Source of the DNA: Lama glama
Taxonomy: Eukaryota
DNA length: 64,000 nucleotides
Reading direction: 5' to 3'
NCBI GenBank assembly: GCA_028534125.1
Contig: CM052817.1
Span: forward strand, 79,486,001 to 79,550,000
Shown: positions 24,270 to 36,749 of the stretch, piece by piece
Layout of the letters: each line of letters starts with the position of its first letter
Numbering within the stretch: the first letter of the stretch is position 1
Position numbers and translations under genes: made by a program
Notes under the pieces: generated by a model
What the model was told of the DNA's origin: nothing
Databases searched by the model: none
Seen by the model: only the letters and a program-made list of their open reading frames with translations

Positions 24270-24610
24270 AATTAAAAATTTTTTTTTCTTTTTAATTTAA
24301 ATAGTAGTTTATAATGTGTCAATTTCTGGTGTACAACATAGTATTTCAGTCATCCATATACATACATATATTCCTTTTCATATTCTTTTTCATTATAGGT
24401 TACTACAAGATATTGAATATAGTTCCCTGTGCTATGCAGTATAAACTTCTTGTTTATCTCTTTTATATATAGTAGTTAGTATCTGCAAATCTCGAACTCC
24501 CAGTTGATCCCTTCCCACTCCCTTTCCCCTCTGGTAACCATGAGTTTGTTTTCTGTCTGTAAATCTGTTTCTGTTTCGTAAATAAGTTTATTTGTGTCTT
24601 TTTTTTTAAG
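24270..24610 (-). mobile_element. L1 3' end (cetartiodactyl/camelid type)
   Basis: T-rich tail, then TATAGGTTACTACAAGATATTGAATATAGTTCCCTGTGCTATGCAGTA...CCCTCTGGTAACCATGAGTTTGTTTTCT. Confidence 0.9.
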
Positions 24611-25015
24611 TTATGAACTTAATGTGATGTTGCTGAAAGGTTATACATATTTAATTATATTACTTTGTTCTAATCTAGCAAACAGTTATACTTTTTAAAT
24701 GAATAAGTAGAAAATTTATCAAAAAATGCTTTCTTGTGTTTTGCCTTTGTATATTCATGAACTAGGTTTTTTGGGGAATATTATAAATTTTATACATGAC
24801 TATAAACTTTCCATGAAAAACAGTCAAATTTAGAATATTGTTTACTGTAGTATATTTAGTGGCATTCTTTAAAAGTAGGTAATTGTCTTATCAGTTACAG
24901 CAAAATAGTATAGGTGGCCTATTTAATACAGAGATACGCCTTTAAGTACAATAAAGTTCTTTCTTCAGTAGTTTTTTGAAAGCAGAGACTGTTGATTTAA
25001 AAAAAAAACAGTTAC

Positions 25016-25119
25016 ACTATAAAGTAGATAAACAACAAGGACCTACTGTATAGCACAGGGAACTATATTCAATATCTTGTAGTAACCTATAATGAAAAAG
25101 AATCTGAAAAAGAAAAAAT
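25016..25119 (+). mobile_element. Short L1 3'UTR fragment
   Basis: ATAAACAACAAGGACCTACTGTATAGCACAGGGAACTATATTCAATATCTTGTAGTAACCTATAATGAAAAAGAATCTGAAAAAG. Confidence 0.85.
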
Positions 25120-25250
25120 AAACAGTGACTTTTCTCTGATGTGAAAAAATCAGTTTTCTTTCTTTCTAAGTGACTGTACCCTTCAGGAAATAGCTTGGGA
25201 ATAAGCTTTTCACCTAATAAAGGTAGATTTTTTTCAGAATATTCAGAAAT

Positions 25251-26280
25251 ATGAGTAATTTGATAGGGATTTCATTAAATCTGTAGATTGCCTTGGGCAG
25301 TATGACCATTTTAACAATATTGATTCTTCTAATCAAGGAGCATTGTATATCTTTTCATTTTTTAAAGTCCTCTTTAATTTCCTTAATCAGTGTTTTATAG
25401 TTTTCCGTGTATGTCTTTCACCTCCTTGGTTAGATTTACTCCTAGGTATTTTATTACTTTGGATGATATTTTAAAAGGGATTGTTTCTTTGCTTCCTTTT
25501 CCTGTTGATTCATCATTAGTGTAAAGAAACACAACTGATTTTTGTATGTTAATCTTGTAATCTGCTACCTTGCTGAATTTTATTAGTTCTAATAGTTTTT
25601 GTGTGGACCTTTTAAGGTTTTCTATATATAGTATCATGTCTTCTGCATATAGTGGCACTTTTACCTCTTTTTCAATTTGAATCCCTTTTATTTTTCTCTC
25701 TTGCTTGACGGCTGTGGCTAGGACTTCTGAGACTATGTTGAATAGGAATGGTGATAGTAGGCAGCCTTGTCTTGTCCCAGATTTTAGTGGGAAGCTTTTG
25801 AGTTTTTCACCTTTGAGTACTGTGCTGGCTGTAGATTTGTCACATAGGCTTTTATATATTGAGATATGTTCCCTCTATACCCACTTTGGTGAGACTTTTT
25901 ATCATAAATGGGTGTTGAATTTTATCAAATGCTTTTTCTGCATCTGTTGAGATGATCATGTGGTTTTTGTCCTTTCTCTTGTTGATGTGGTGTATCACAT
26001 GGATTCATTTGTGTATATTGAACCATCCTTATGTCCCTAGGATGACTCCAACTTGATTGTGGTGTATAATCTTTTTAATGTGCTGTTGGATTCTGTTTAC
26101 TAATATTTTGTTAAGGATTTTGTATCTATGTTCATCAGTGATATTGGTCTGTAATTCTCTTTTTTGGTAGTGTCTTTGTCTGGTGTTGGTATCAGGGTGA
26201 TGGTAGCTTCATAGAATGAGTTTGGGAGTATTCCCTCCTTTTCAGTCTTTTGAAAGAGTTTGAGAAGGTATGAGTTCTTC
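25251..26280 (-). mobile_element. Inverted 5' segment of a 5'-inverted L1 (ORF2 RT region)
   Basis: Minus-strand ORF 25395-25658 (LYAEDMILYIEN...KLLELI...KINIQKSVVFLYTN...KYLGVNLTKEVKD) is the L1 RT FADD region. Confidence 0.93.
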
Positions 26281-28160
26281 TTTCACAGAACTAGAATAAA
26301 TCATAATAAAATTTATATGGAATTACAAAAGACCCCAAATTGCCAAAGCATTATTGAAGAAAAAGAAAGAGGCTGAAGGAATAACCTCCCCAGACTTCAG
26401 ACAATACTACAGAGCTACAGTAATCAAAACAGCATGGTACTGGTACAAAAACAGGCATATGGATCAATGGAACAGAATAGAGAGCCCAGAAGTGAACCCA
26501 CAAACTTTTGATCAATTAATCTTCAACAAAGGAGGCAAGAACATACCATGGAATAAAGATGGTCTCTTCAGCAAATGGTGTTGGAAAAACCGGACAGCAG
26601 CATGTAAATCAGTGAAGCTAAAACACTCCCTTACACCATACACAAAAATAAACTCTAAATGGATCAAAGACTTAAACATAAGAAAATAAACCTCCTAAAA
26701 GAAAACATAGGCAAAACATTATCTGACATACATCTCAGCAATGTTCTCCTAGGGCAGTCTACCCCAGCAATAGAAATACAAGCAAGAATAAACAAATGGG
26801 GCCTAATTAAACTTACAAGCTTTTGCACAGCAAAGGAAACCATAAGCAAAACAAAACGACAACCTATGAAATGGGAGAAAATGTTTGCAAAAGATGAAAT
26901 TGACAAAGGCTTGATCTCCAGAACATATATAAAAGCGGCTCATATGACTTAATAAGAAAAAAACCCAACAACCCAATCCAAAAATGGGTAGAAGACCTAA
27001 ACAAGCGTTTCTCCAAGGAGGACATACGAATGATCAATAGGCACGTGAAAAAATGCTCAGTATCACTAATTATCAGAGAAATGCAAATCAAAACTACAAT
27101 GAGGTATCACCTCACACCAATCAGAATGGCCATCATTCAGAAGTCCACAAATGATAAATGCTGGAGAGGCTGTGGAGAAAAGGGAACCCTCGTACACTGC
27201 TGGTGGGAATGCAGGTTGGTGCAGCCATTATTGAAAACAGTATGGAGAGTCCTCAAAAGACTAAGAATGGATTTACCATATGACCCAGTAATCCNNNNNN
27301 NNNNNNNNNNNNNNNNNNNNNNNNNNNNNNNNNNNNNNNNNNNNNNNNNNNNNNNNNNNNNNNNNNNNNNNNNNNNNNNNNNNNNNNNNNNNNNNNNNNN
27401 NNNNNNNNNNNNNNNNNNNNNNNNNNNNNNNNNNNNNNNNNNNNNNNNNNNNNNNNNNNNNNNNNNNNNNNNNNNNNNNNNNNNNNNNNNNNNNNNNNNN
27501 NNNNNNNNNNNNNNNNNNNNNNNNNNNNNNNNNNNNNNNNNNNNNNNNNNNNNNNNNNNNNNNNNNNNNNNNNNNNNNNNNNNNNNNNNNNNNNNNNNNN
27601 NNNNNNNNNNNNNNNNNNNNNNNNNNNNNNNNNNNNNNNNNNNNNNNNNNNNNNNNNNNNNNNNNNNNNNNNNNNNNNNNNNNNNNNNNNNNNNNNNNNN
27701 NNNNNNNNNNNNNNNNNNNNNNNNNNNNNNNNNNNNNNNNNNNNNNNNNNNNNNNNNNNNNNNNNNNNNNNNNNNNNNNNNNNNNNNNNNNNNNGCATAT
27801 GTGAAGTCTAAAAAAAAGAAAGAAAGAAAGAAAGAAAAGAAAAAGGCAAATGAACATAAATACAAAACAGAAACAGACTCATAGACATAGGATACAAACT
27901 TGTGGTTGCCAGAGGGGAGCAGGGTGGGAAGCGACAGACTGGGAGTTTGAAATTTGTAGATACTGACAGGTATATATAGAATAGATAAACAAGTTTATGC
28001 TGTATAGCACAGGGAAATATATACAAAATCTTGTGGTACCTCACGATGAAAAAGAATGTGACAATGAATATATGTATGTGCATGTATGACTGAAAAATTG
28101 TGCTCTACACTGGAAATTGATACAACATTGTAAACTGACTCAATAAAATAAAAAAAAAAA
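26281..28160 (+). mobile_element. Non-inverted 3' segment of the same L1 (ORF2 C-terminus, 3'UTR, polyA); contains an assembly gap
   Basis: ORFs 26354-26689 ([13 protein letters not shown]...WNRIESPE) and 27030- ([15 protein letters not shown]...[18 protein letters not shown]); AATAAA plus A-tail at 28142-28160. Confidence 0.95.
27295..27794. other. Assembly gap (500 N)
   Basis: Run of N inside the L1. Confidence 1.
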
Positions 28161-28523
28161 GAAATAAGAGCATTCTCTTCCCAGAACATTTTTGTGTATG
28201 TTTAATAACTAAAGCACTACAAAGTAGTGAAAAAGGAAGTAGAAAAAAAGGTAAGCAGGTATACTTGAAACATTCTTTTAATTGATCTGATTGGAATCTA
28301 TGCTCTTCTGGCTAATGACTAGAGAGAATGAAGAAAGTTGGGTAAACTAAAATCAACCTCTAGTTTTAAAAGTTCAGGTATTAAATTGTAAGAGAACATA
28401 TTGCCATATGGAAGTAAATGCTGTCATTTCTGAATGTGATAAATGATCTTTTCATTAAGATATTAAAGTGATTGAAAGGAAACATATAGTGAGATCTTTT
28501 TTGCATTTTTTTTCTCCCAACAG

Positions 28524-28640
28524 CTACCATTTTGTCCTGTGGATGGATTATTTATCTCACATACTATAATTCTCGGAACGTTGGTCTTATTTTAACACTG
28601 GTTCTTAATAGGTTATACAAGCATGGCTATATCCATATTG
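28524..28640 (+). CDS. BLTP1: BLTP1 coding exon 2 (ATILSCGWIIYLTYYNSRNVGLILTLVLNRLYKHGYIHI; hydrophobic anchor region)
   Basis: CAACAG| acceptor, G|GTAAGT donor, 117 nt, phase 1-1. Confidence 0.96.
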
Positions 28641-29584
28641 GTAAGTTTGAGTACCTTTTTTTTTTTCTCTGTAATCTTGAGATGTATATTGTAAATTTAT
28701 ATTTTATAAACAGATAGTAGGGCTAGAAATTTACCTTTGTTTTATGAAGGTTAAACTAACGAATTTTTTTTTCTTATATAGCACTCTAACTAGACATGAA
28801 CTACTACTTGGTTCTTATCCTTGTTCTTATTTCTTAAAGCGTTTCCAAAGTTACTTTTTGACTTTTTTGCTTCTAAAAGATACTCATTAAAATCATTTAA
28901 AATATCTAGACACATATAAAATACAGAAATAGAAATTTCTCATCATTCCACTATCCAAAGAAAATTTCTAATGCTTGATGAAGTTTTGCTTTGTTGTTGT
29001 TTTTTTTTTAAGTAACTGATATCTAAAATATCTGTAACTGTAAGTGGAATCATCTTGTGTGTTTCATTTTCCTGCTTTATTAGTTTACTGTCTGACTACT
29101 TACAAGTGGGTTGTTTGCAGATAGATGGCAGGGTGTTTTAGGAAGCTTTTTGCTTCGGAAAGCCCTAAGCACTTGGCTGGAGAAAAGGAGTGAGGAGTCA
29201 CCTAATAGAACCTTTCTAACCTTTCTTAGAGTTGAGTACTTCTGAGTAGACATAAATAAAACTTCTCTCAAACATAAGTAGTCTTAGATTAATTTGAGGC
29301 AATTGAAAAATGATGAATTAGTCGCTGCATTGGGTTTATTTAATGGATTATGTCTAATTAAGGGAATTACCCATATGAAGCAGCTATTTAAACTGATGTC
29401 CTCATGTAGTTACTCAGCAGCTTAGTCCATAGTGGTAATATGCATGGCACTTTGTTATATTTGAGGAAAAAATGGTAGAAAATTAGTAAGGCTGTAAGGA
29501 TATCAGGAAGGGAGTAGGAAGAGAACATTTAATTACTGAGTAAATTGAATGCGCAGATTATCTTAAGCTTTAAGGTCTCTGCTA

Positions 29585-29739
29585 TCTTTCAAAATAATTA
29601 CATTAATTGCTGTTTGGTTTTTTTTCCCCCTCAACAGGCTCCTTTTCTTTCTCTGTTCTGTCTTTCAAAACAATTACATTAATTACTGTTGGTTTTTTTT
29701 TTTCCCTCAACAGGCTCCTTTTCTTTCTCTGTTCTGTCT
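29585..29739 (+). repeat. 76-bp tandem duplication spanning branch point, polypyrimidine tract, 3' splice site and exon start
   Basis: Copy 1 is 29585-29660 and copy 2 is 29661-29736; both contain CCCTCAACAG|GCTCCTTTTCTTTCTCTGTTCTG. Confidence 0.95.
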
Positions 29740-29792
29740 GGAAAAGTCATGGTTCGTGAAATATATTACATTACAGAAGACATGTCTATTAG
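29714..29792 (+). CDS. BLTP1: BLTP1 coding exon 3 (GSFSFSVLSGKVMVREIYYITEDMSIR)
   Basis: Only the distal AG (29712-29713) keeps the frame; donor AG|GTAAAA; 79 nt. Confidence 0.93.
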
Positions 29793-30930
29793 GTAAAATA
29801 AATAAATAAATAAGTAAAATTAAAAAGAATCCATCCTAAGTAAACTTGAAATATGTATTACGTTTTCATATTAAAAATTGTTACTTTTTCAAATAAAATT
29901 ATAGATTAAAAATCATTTTTTTCAGTGAGTAATACCTGGTGAGTTGATTTTTTTAAAAAAAATGTTTCTATCAGTGGATTAATTTAGCTAAGTAAGGTTC
30001 AGACTGGCAAATAATTTATTGACTAGTAGGTTATAGAATTGAATAACCTCATTTTATCCCTAGTTAAAAAATTGAGCCGTAAGATTACTTTACCATTTTT
30101 ATTGTAGAATTCATTGTAGTCATTTGTTATATAAAACAAGGACAGGGATGTTGATAGCTCTCATCCAGTAACATCTTATTATAGGTAATAAGTTTTTAGA
30201 ATTATTTAGCCTTTATTAGCAATTCTAATTTTACTTTAATAAGGAAACGCAGATATGAATATAATAAATAATTATAATTTATATGTTTCATGTATTTTCT
30301 CCTCGGTAAGCCTTGAAAGAAAAGCTTACTGTATTTTTTTGATTTTCTTTAAATTTGTTACTTAGGTAGAACTTGAAAGTGTTGAATTAGTTGAGATGTG
30401 TTACGGGTTGGCAGCACTCACACCTCACTTAAAACAGTAGAGGCAACTCTTTGTGAGTCTAAAATTATTTCCAAATTAAAAGTAAAAAGTAAAAATTAAG
30501 AGGCTGTCATTCTATCCTTTTGGGATATGAGGTGATACATCATTACAGAAAAGAAGGAAAATATTTAAGTTTCCCCTTACTATGCTAACATTTCACTTAA
30601 AATATTTAGCTTTTAGTTTATATAAATTCAACACTATTTTTAAAATATCATTTAAAGAAGAAAACATTTTCCTGATCGCACTTCATTTCCCTGTTTAATG
30701 TAATCTGGTATAGCAGTTTACCTAAATAGATGAATCTGATTTAGAGCTATGCAAATTTTCTTTTCCTTTCTTACCTGGATGATTATGAAACATCTAGGTA
30801 TGCCAGTGTCCTGCTGAAAACTTTCTGCATCTCCTTATTATAAATTGCTTACCTTTTATAATAACTCTTTAAAAAGTGGGTTAAGTAAATTGTTACTTAC
30901 GTTTTCATTTTTGTAATTTATCTTGATTAG

Positions 30931-30995
30931 AATTCAAGATGGATTTATAATTTTTCGATGGTGGAAAATGTATAACCCAAAGCAGAAGCAACATG
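30931..30995 (+). CDS. BLTP1: BLTP1 coding exon 4 (IQDGFIIFRWWKMYNPKQKQH)
   Basis: TTAG| acceptor, G|GTGAGT donor, 65 nt, frame continuous. Confidence 0.95.
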
Positions 30996-31622
30996 GTGAG
31001 TTTTCACTTTTTTAAGAATCTGAAATCTTCAATTATATAATCAGAATTTTCATTTGTAGATATAGAAATGTTTCACGTTTTGTTAATAGATAAAAATATT
31101 TTTAAAAGCTTTGGAGTTTACAGGACTCTGATTTTAACCCCCCATGGCTGAAAATCCTTCAGCAGCTTTCCTCTGTCATGGTCACATTTAGTTACTTTAG
31201 CCTATTATTTACTTAGGGTTATTCTCACTGTGACCCTTATCCACTTTTCTAGACTTACCTCTTACTATGTCTATGGACCTAACCCCACACTGTGGTTAAA
31301 GTGGCCTTCCTAGCACTCTTTAATCATCCTACTAAGACACTTCTCTACTTTTAAGCTTCTGCACCTTTATTTGTACTTCTACCTGAGACTGCTACTAATT
31401 CTCATTTATTTACTATGGTAAGGGTGAGAAAAAAGAGAGGAAATACAGACTCTAGACTCCCTTCTGATTCTGTTCTGTATCAACACAATTTTATCTCAGA
31501 ATATTTTCCTCAAATCTTCGTTTCACAACTGTAGGTGCTCCTGTCTGTGCCCCAACCCCCTTGCTCTCCATTAACCATACCAGTGTCTTCAAGGAGAATA
31601 GATCTTGTCTTTACTTTCAGAG

Positions 31623-32120
31623 TAGTGATTCCTCAAATTTTTGATCTCAGGAACCTTTTACATTTTTCTAAATTATTGACATTCCCAAAGAGCTTTTATT
31701 TATGCAAGTTATATCTATTTATATTTATTACATTCAAAATTAAGTCTGATAATTATAGAAATATTTTTATTTCATTAAAAAACTATAGTAAATTCATTAC
31801 ATATTAAAATAAATAACAAACTATGTGAAAAATAACTTTTTGGAAGCAAAAAATTAGAACAGTGATGTTATTTTATATTTTGTAAATATTTTAAATGTCA
31901 TCCCTTATGGAAAATAATTGAGTTCTCACCTCTGCTTTTATATTCAGTCTGTTGTACTATATACTTGATGTAGCCTTTAAAAGATTCCATTGTCCACTCA
32001 TGGGAGAATGAGAAAAAGTCAGACATCTCAGTATAATAATACTATCAGAATAATTTTGACCTTGTGGTCCCCCAGAATGGGTCTCAGGATCCCCTGGAGA
32101 TCTGTTTGATAATTACTATT
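31623..32120 (-). mobile_element. Charlie1b-like hAT DNA transposon remnant
   Basis: Start (CTCAAATTTTTGATCTCAGGAACCTTTTACA) is the reverse complement of the Charlie1 end at ~47690-47739; other end TTTTGACCTTGTGGTCCCCCAGAATGGGTCTCAGGATCCCCTGG. Confidence 0.75.
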
Positions 32121-32277
32121 CTAGGAGATTTTAAGTGGGGCCTGGAGTATGGGGTCAAAATAGGATGAAACCCCTCCACCTTTTCTTAGCTATGAGGGCC
32201 TTCTGTGTTTCTGGCATTGAGATTCTGAAATGGTGGTTGGTTCTGTATAACTTTGGAACTTTCCAATTAAATGTTGG

Positions 32278-32279
<2 letters not shown>

Positions 32280-32311
<32 letters not shown>
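32280..32311 (+). repeat. (GT)16 microsatellite
   Basis: Directly visible. Confidence 0.95.
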
Positions 32312-32314
<3 letters not shown>

Positions 32315-35300
32315 CGAGCTCACCTAGGAATCTTTCAAAACTTACCACAACTTTGAGCTGTCCTAAATTATTTTAGATTTCACTGTTGTTTCACTATTCT
32401 TTAGTCTTTTTTTTAAACTATCATTCCCTTGCTCCCACATATCTTTTGTCCCTCTTATATAATACATAATATTATCTACCTTGAAAAGGTTGGCATTAAT
32501 GGGTTAGAATTTGGCATCTGTATAGTTAATGAAATCAATTACTAGAAAGAATAATGGCCAAATTTCAGTCTTGAAAAAGTTTTCTAAAAATTAGAATTAT
32601 TTTTAGATAATTTTGAATAGAGACTGAGTTACTGCATATAATAAAAGTATTTTGTGGGACTTTGAAATAGGCCTTTTGCAGTCTCTCATCAGTGACTGAG
32701 AATAGCTGTGTGTTATTACCAGTCTTCAGTCTGTGATTTTTAGAATATCAGTTGTTAAACCAACCATTTTACTTCTTTCCTTACCAGTATACTGTAAGCA
32801 TTCTCACAGGAAAAAAAAAAATGTTCTTTAGATAGTCAGTATATTAGTGCATTGGGAAGCTTTTAAGTTTTGACTTATTATGAAAGCTGAATAAATTCAA
32901 AATTTTGAGTCACTTTCCTACACTATTAATCATGTTAAATATTATGGAGAGAATATTTTTTATTTTTTTATTTGGCTGTAAATCTGAAAGGTGGCATTTA
33001 AGTAAAGCTGTCTTACACTTTAGAAATGGCTAAAGCTCACTCCTTAGAGCCAAGTTCTTTTGAGTTCAGTCCCAGCTTTTAACACATTCACTTAACTTTG
33101 GGCAGGCCCAATATTTCTGCCTCTGATTTTGTTTAAAAATTCCATCTAGTTTGTCCCTTAAAGATAGATTACTTTAGGAGAATATTTTTCCTCAGCATGT
33201 CATGCTTTGTTAATCTTGCAATCTATTTGTTAGATGATTTACTGTTTTAACTTAATCTTTTATTTTTATTTTTTTACATGTTAACATAAATATTATTGTT
33301 AACAAGGTTACAGTGGAGCTGAAACAAAGTTCTCTTCATTTGTATAGCTTGTTCGAGATGATTTTGAAAAACCTATTTGTATATTTACATTAGAAATTTT
33401 GTTCTAAAATTTTTTTAGAATTTTAAAATGGCATGTGAACTGATAAAACTTTAGTGAGGTGGGTTGAGGAGGCCCATTTGACCTGAAACCACCCCATCCC
33501 ATGCTCTTTACCCCAGGATTCCAAGGAACACTATTAGGAAATGACCGATTTTTCTCAAAATCCATTATCAATTTAGAAACAACTAATATTCTCAAAACTC
33601 CTCATTTTGCAGATGGAAAATCAGAAACGCCTATGATTATAACTGGTAAATTCAGGACAAAAACCCAGGTCTGCTAACTTAATATATACTATATACTATG
33701 TACTATATACTATACACTATATAATGTAAGGAGTTTAGTGCCACTTCTATTATAAAACAGACTTGTGGAATGTGGCCTAAGTAGGTTCTTGGAAATTCTT
33801 ATCTATAAACATTTATGACAGCTCATGGGAGGAACAAAGACATTTGTAGTATCCAGAAGCAACTGCAATTTTTAAACTAGCCCTAATGGGATTGCCCACT
33901 TCGGAATTTTCTTAAAACATGGGGAATATGATCCTAAATTGTTTAAAATTTTTTTTGACAAAAATAATTACTTCATTTTATCGTAAATTGTCACATTCCT
34001 TAAAGTGGATTGCTGTTCCCCAAAATATATGGATGCAGTCAAGAGTAACTGACCTAAGTTCTTTAGGAAAGAGGTAACTTTTGATAATAATTTTTAGCTA
34101 ATCTAACAGATGTTTATTTTGTATTCATTTTACTGATCATTGTGTTAAGCTGGAGGAAGGGATAGAGAAACATAAAGAGGAATGGGTGTTATCTGAATCC
34201 ATCCGAGAGAAACACATACAATTATAATTAAAGGAGAAAGGGAGCAGTGTATGTGTGTGTTGAGGAAAAATTCTGAGAACCAACCTCAAAATTGCCAACT
34301 TTGGTATGGACCACTTTGTGTGGTCCCAGCAGGTTTGTGGTTTGATGATGTTTAAAGTTCTGCCCATTTGTCAGGAGGCAGAATAGTAGATGGAGGGCTG
34401 CTGGGAAAGTTCCATCCTTTAAGCAGCGTGCATGATGACGACGGTGAGTAGGATTATGTCAGGCAGAGATGGAGTGGAGGGGAGGGTAGCTCAGATGGAA
34501 TAACTGGTTTGACCGATGGCACTGAGGTTGGAAAACAGGGGTGTGTTTAGGAATTAACAACTCCATTTGGTGGTAGATAGAACGTAAAGGAATACTAGGG
34601 GATAATTTGGAAGCTGTGTTCTGGAGGATATTGAACACTGGCAGCCACTGCCATGAAAAGTTTTGGCGCACAAGAGTGACATGAACTTAGCTCATTTCAA
34701 AGGATACAGCAAAATGTAATCTCACTCCTTCAGATGCATAACCCCAGATGAGCATAAATAGCTCGAATATTGGCCCTTTCTTGGCTGGCTCTCCCCTGTT
34801 ATTTCTTTCTGTCTTGAATTCTTTCTGTCACTCTTACTGTTAACATAAACCTGTCTCTGTGCTCTCTCTGTAACTGTTCACGATGTAGAACAGAAATATT
34901 CTAATAATTTTTGGATATTTTGTGTTATTCTTAATAGTCATGAATATTTAAATTATTTTGTCTAGGTTATTCTTTCTCATTTTTGTATGCCAGACCTTTG
35001 ACAGTTAACCAAGCAGGAATTAGAGATGTTTGACATGTTTCCCAGTGGAGAATTTAGAAAACTGGGAGCATGTGCCTGAATAGATACATGGCCCCTAGCC
35101 TTCCAGGCAATAGGTTAAGGGGCTGTCTGTGGGTAAGGCCAAGATTTTCATTAGGAAGTTTTAGAGCTGCTCTGATAGGAGAAAAGAGGGGTATTGCTTG
35201 CTGAAACTATTGTGCTATAGAGCTTGGTTGGGATAATTTAAGCCAGGAGCAGATTTAAAGTTGTCATTTGTCCAGTTTAACCCTTAAAAAAAGAGAGAAC

Positions 35301-36439
35301 AGAACACATCTAATTCATTTACCATAGAATTTGTTGTAAAATATTCCCTAGGTTATGAGTTAATGATCTGTTACAGATGCTTGTTGGCCAATTAATGAGG
35401 ATATCAGTCAAAATTTTTTATTTTGTTTTTAGGATAGTTGAATTTGAGAGATTCTTTTGGAAAATAAATAGCAGGACTAGTTGCCTCTTAACATATGGTG
35501 GTATATCATAGTGTTCAAATGCATACTAGTCTGACTGACTAGGCACGCATCCTTCTTATCCAGAGGAATTCTTACATTGTTAAGAAGTGAATGGATGATG
35601 GTAATATATGTTCCGTTAATATGTTGCTTAGAAGTTTCAGCCTAAGATAATCTAGTACTTTCAAATCCCGTTTGTTAAATACATAAAGGAAATAAAAATC
35701 CCTAAACAGGTTTTAAAAGGTCAGTAGACTGTTTTGTCTTTGTACTAAGTATTGACTCTAAAAATTGCAAAGCCTTGGCAGCACTTTTGCACTTTAGATT
35801 TTTTACTGCAAATAGCATGTGTTCCAATTAGATAATTAAATAAGTGCCTTTCTCCTAATTTCCCTTAGGAAAACAATTAGCTGTTTGCTCAGGAGACTTA
35901 AGCTGTTCTACAGCATTCATTTATTTTTCCCCCATAAATTAATTGCTCATTATATCAAGAGCCTTTTATGTCTGTACTTATATCTTTTGGGTATGTTATT
36001 GACAGATGAATTTGGGAAGCCCATTATATGAATGTGAGATGACAAGGAGTATGAGAAAAAGATTTCTGCCTTCAAGGGTAGAACAATATTAATGTAGAGA
36101 GGAGATTTAAAAGAGTCAATTGATTATACCTTTCTTAAATTATATATAAATTAAAGTTTTCACTTTGACTCCCAGTGTCATCTGAATGAATGAAACCTAA
36201 AAGCTGCTTTTAAAATTTTCAGGAGAGATAAATGTCAGTGAGAAATCTAGTGTTACCAGAATTTAACAATTAAATACTGCATTTAAGGTACTGAATATTG
36301 ACCAATTTTTTAAAATAAAATACAAAGAAATAACTGGAGCCTTTTGATACATTTCTATTTTCAGGGATTAATAACATTTTTGCTTTTAAAATAGTCATTA
36401 CATTTATTAATATAATTAATAAGTAGTTTTATTTTGTGA

Positions 36440-36600
36440 TTAAGAACCAGTGTTTAGAGACCTGAATTCTAGTCTACTTCTTAGTTATATAATCTTGGAC
36501 TCTGACTGCTAGGGTTGTTGTGAGGATTAAGTGAGATTATATGAGTAGAGTGCCTAGAACGGACAGAGCAACCATTCAGTAGAGATGAGCTGCTTTTATT
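36440..36600 (+). mobile_element. MIR fragment
   Basis: AGGGTTGTTGTGAGGATTAAGTGAGAT...AGTGCCTAGAAC. Confidence 0.7.
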
Positions 36601-36749
36601 ATTATGATGAACATTATATCACATTACGAAGTGAAAGATTATTTAAAAAGAAGAGAGTTCAGTGTAAATCAAAAGTGAATACATAATTTTTATGACTAGA
36701 AAGAACTTGACCTGGAAAGACAAGGGAATTGGTATCTATGGTGTACAAG

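Noticed and set aside
27030..27884. Longest ORFs in the track (181-284 aa)
   Set aside because: Artefacts of reading through the 500-N gap within an L1.
34432..34526. C-box (ATGATGA) and D-box (CTGA) spacing suggestive of a C/D snoRNA
   Set aside because: No terminal stem, no recognisable rRNA antisense element, and not positioned near a branch point.
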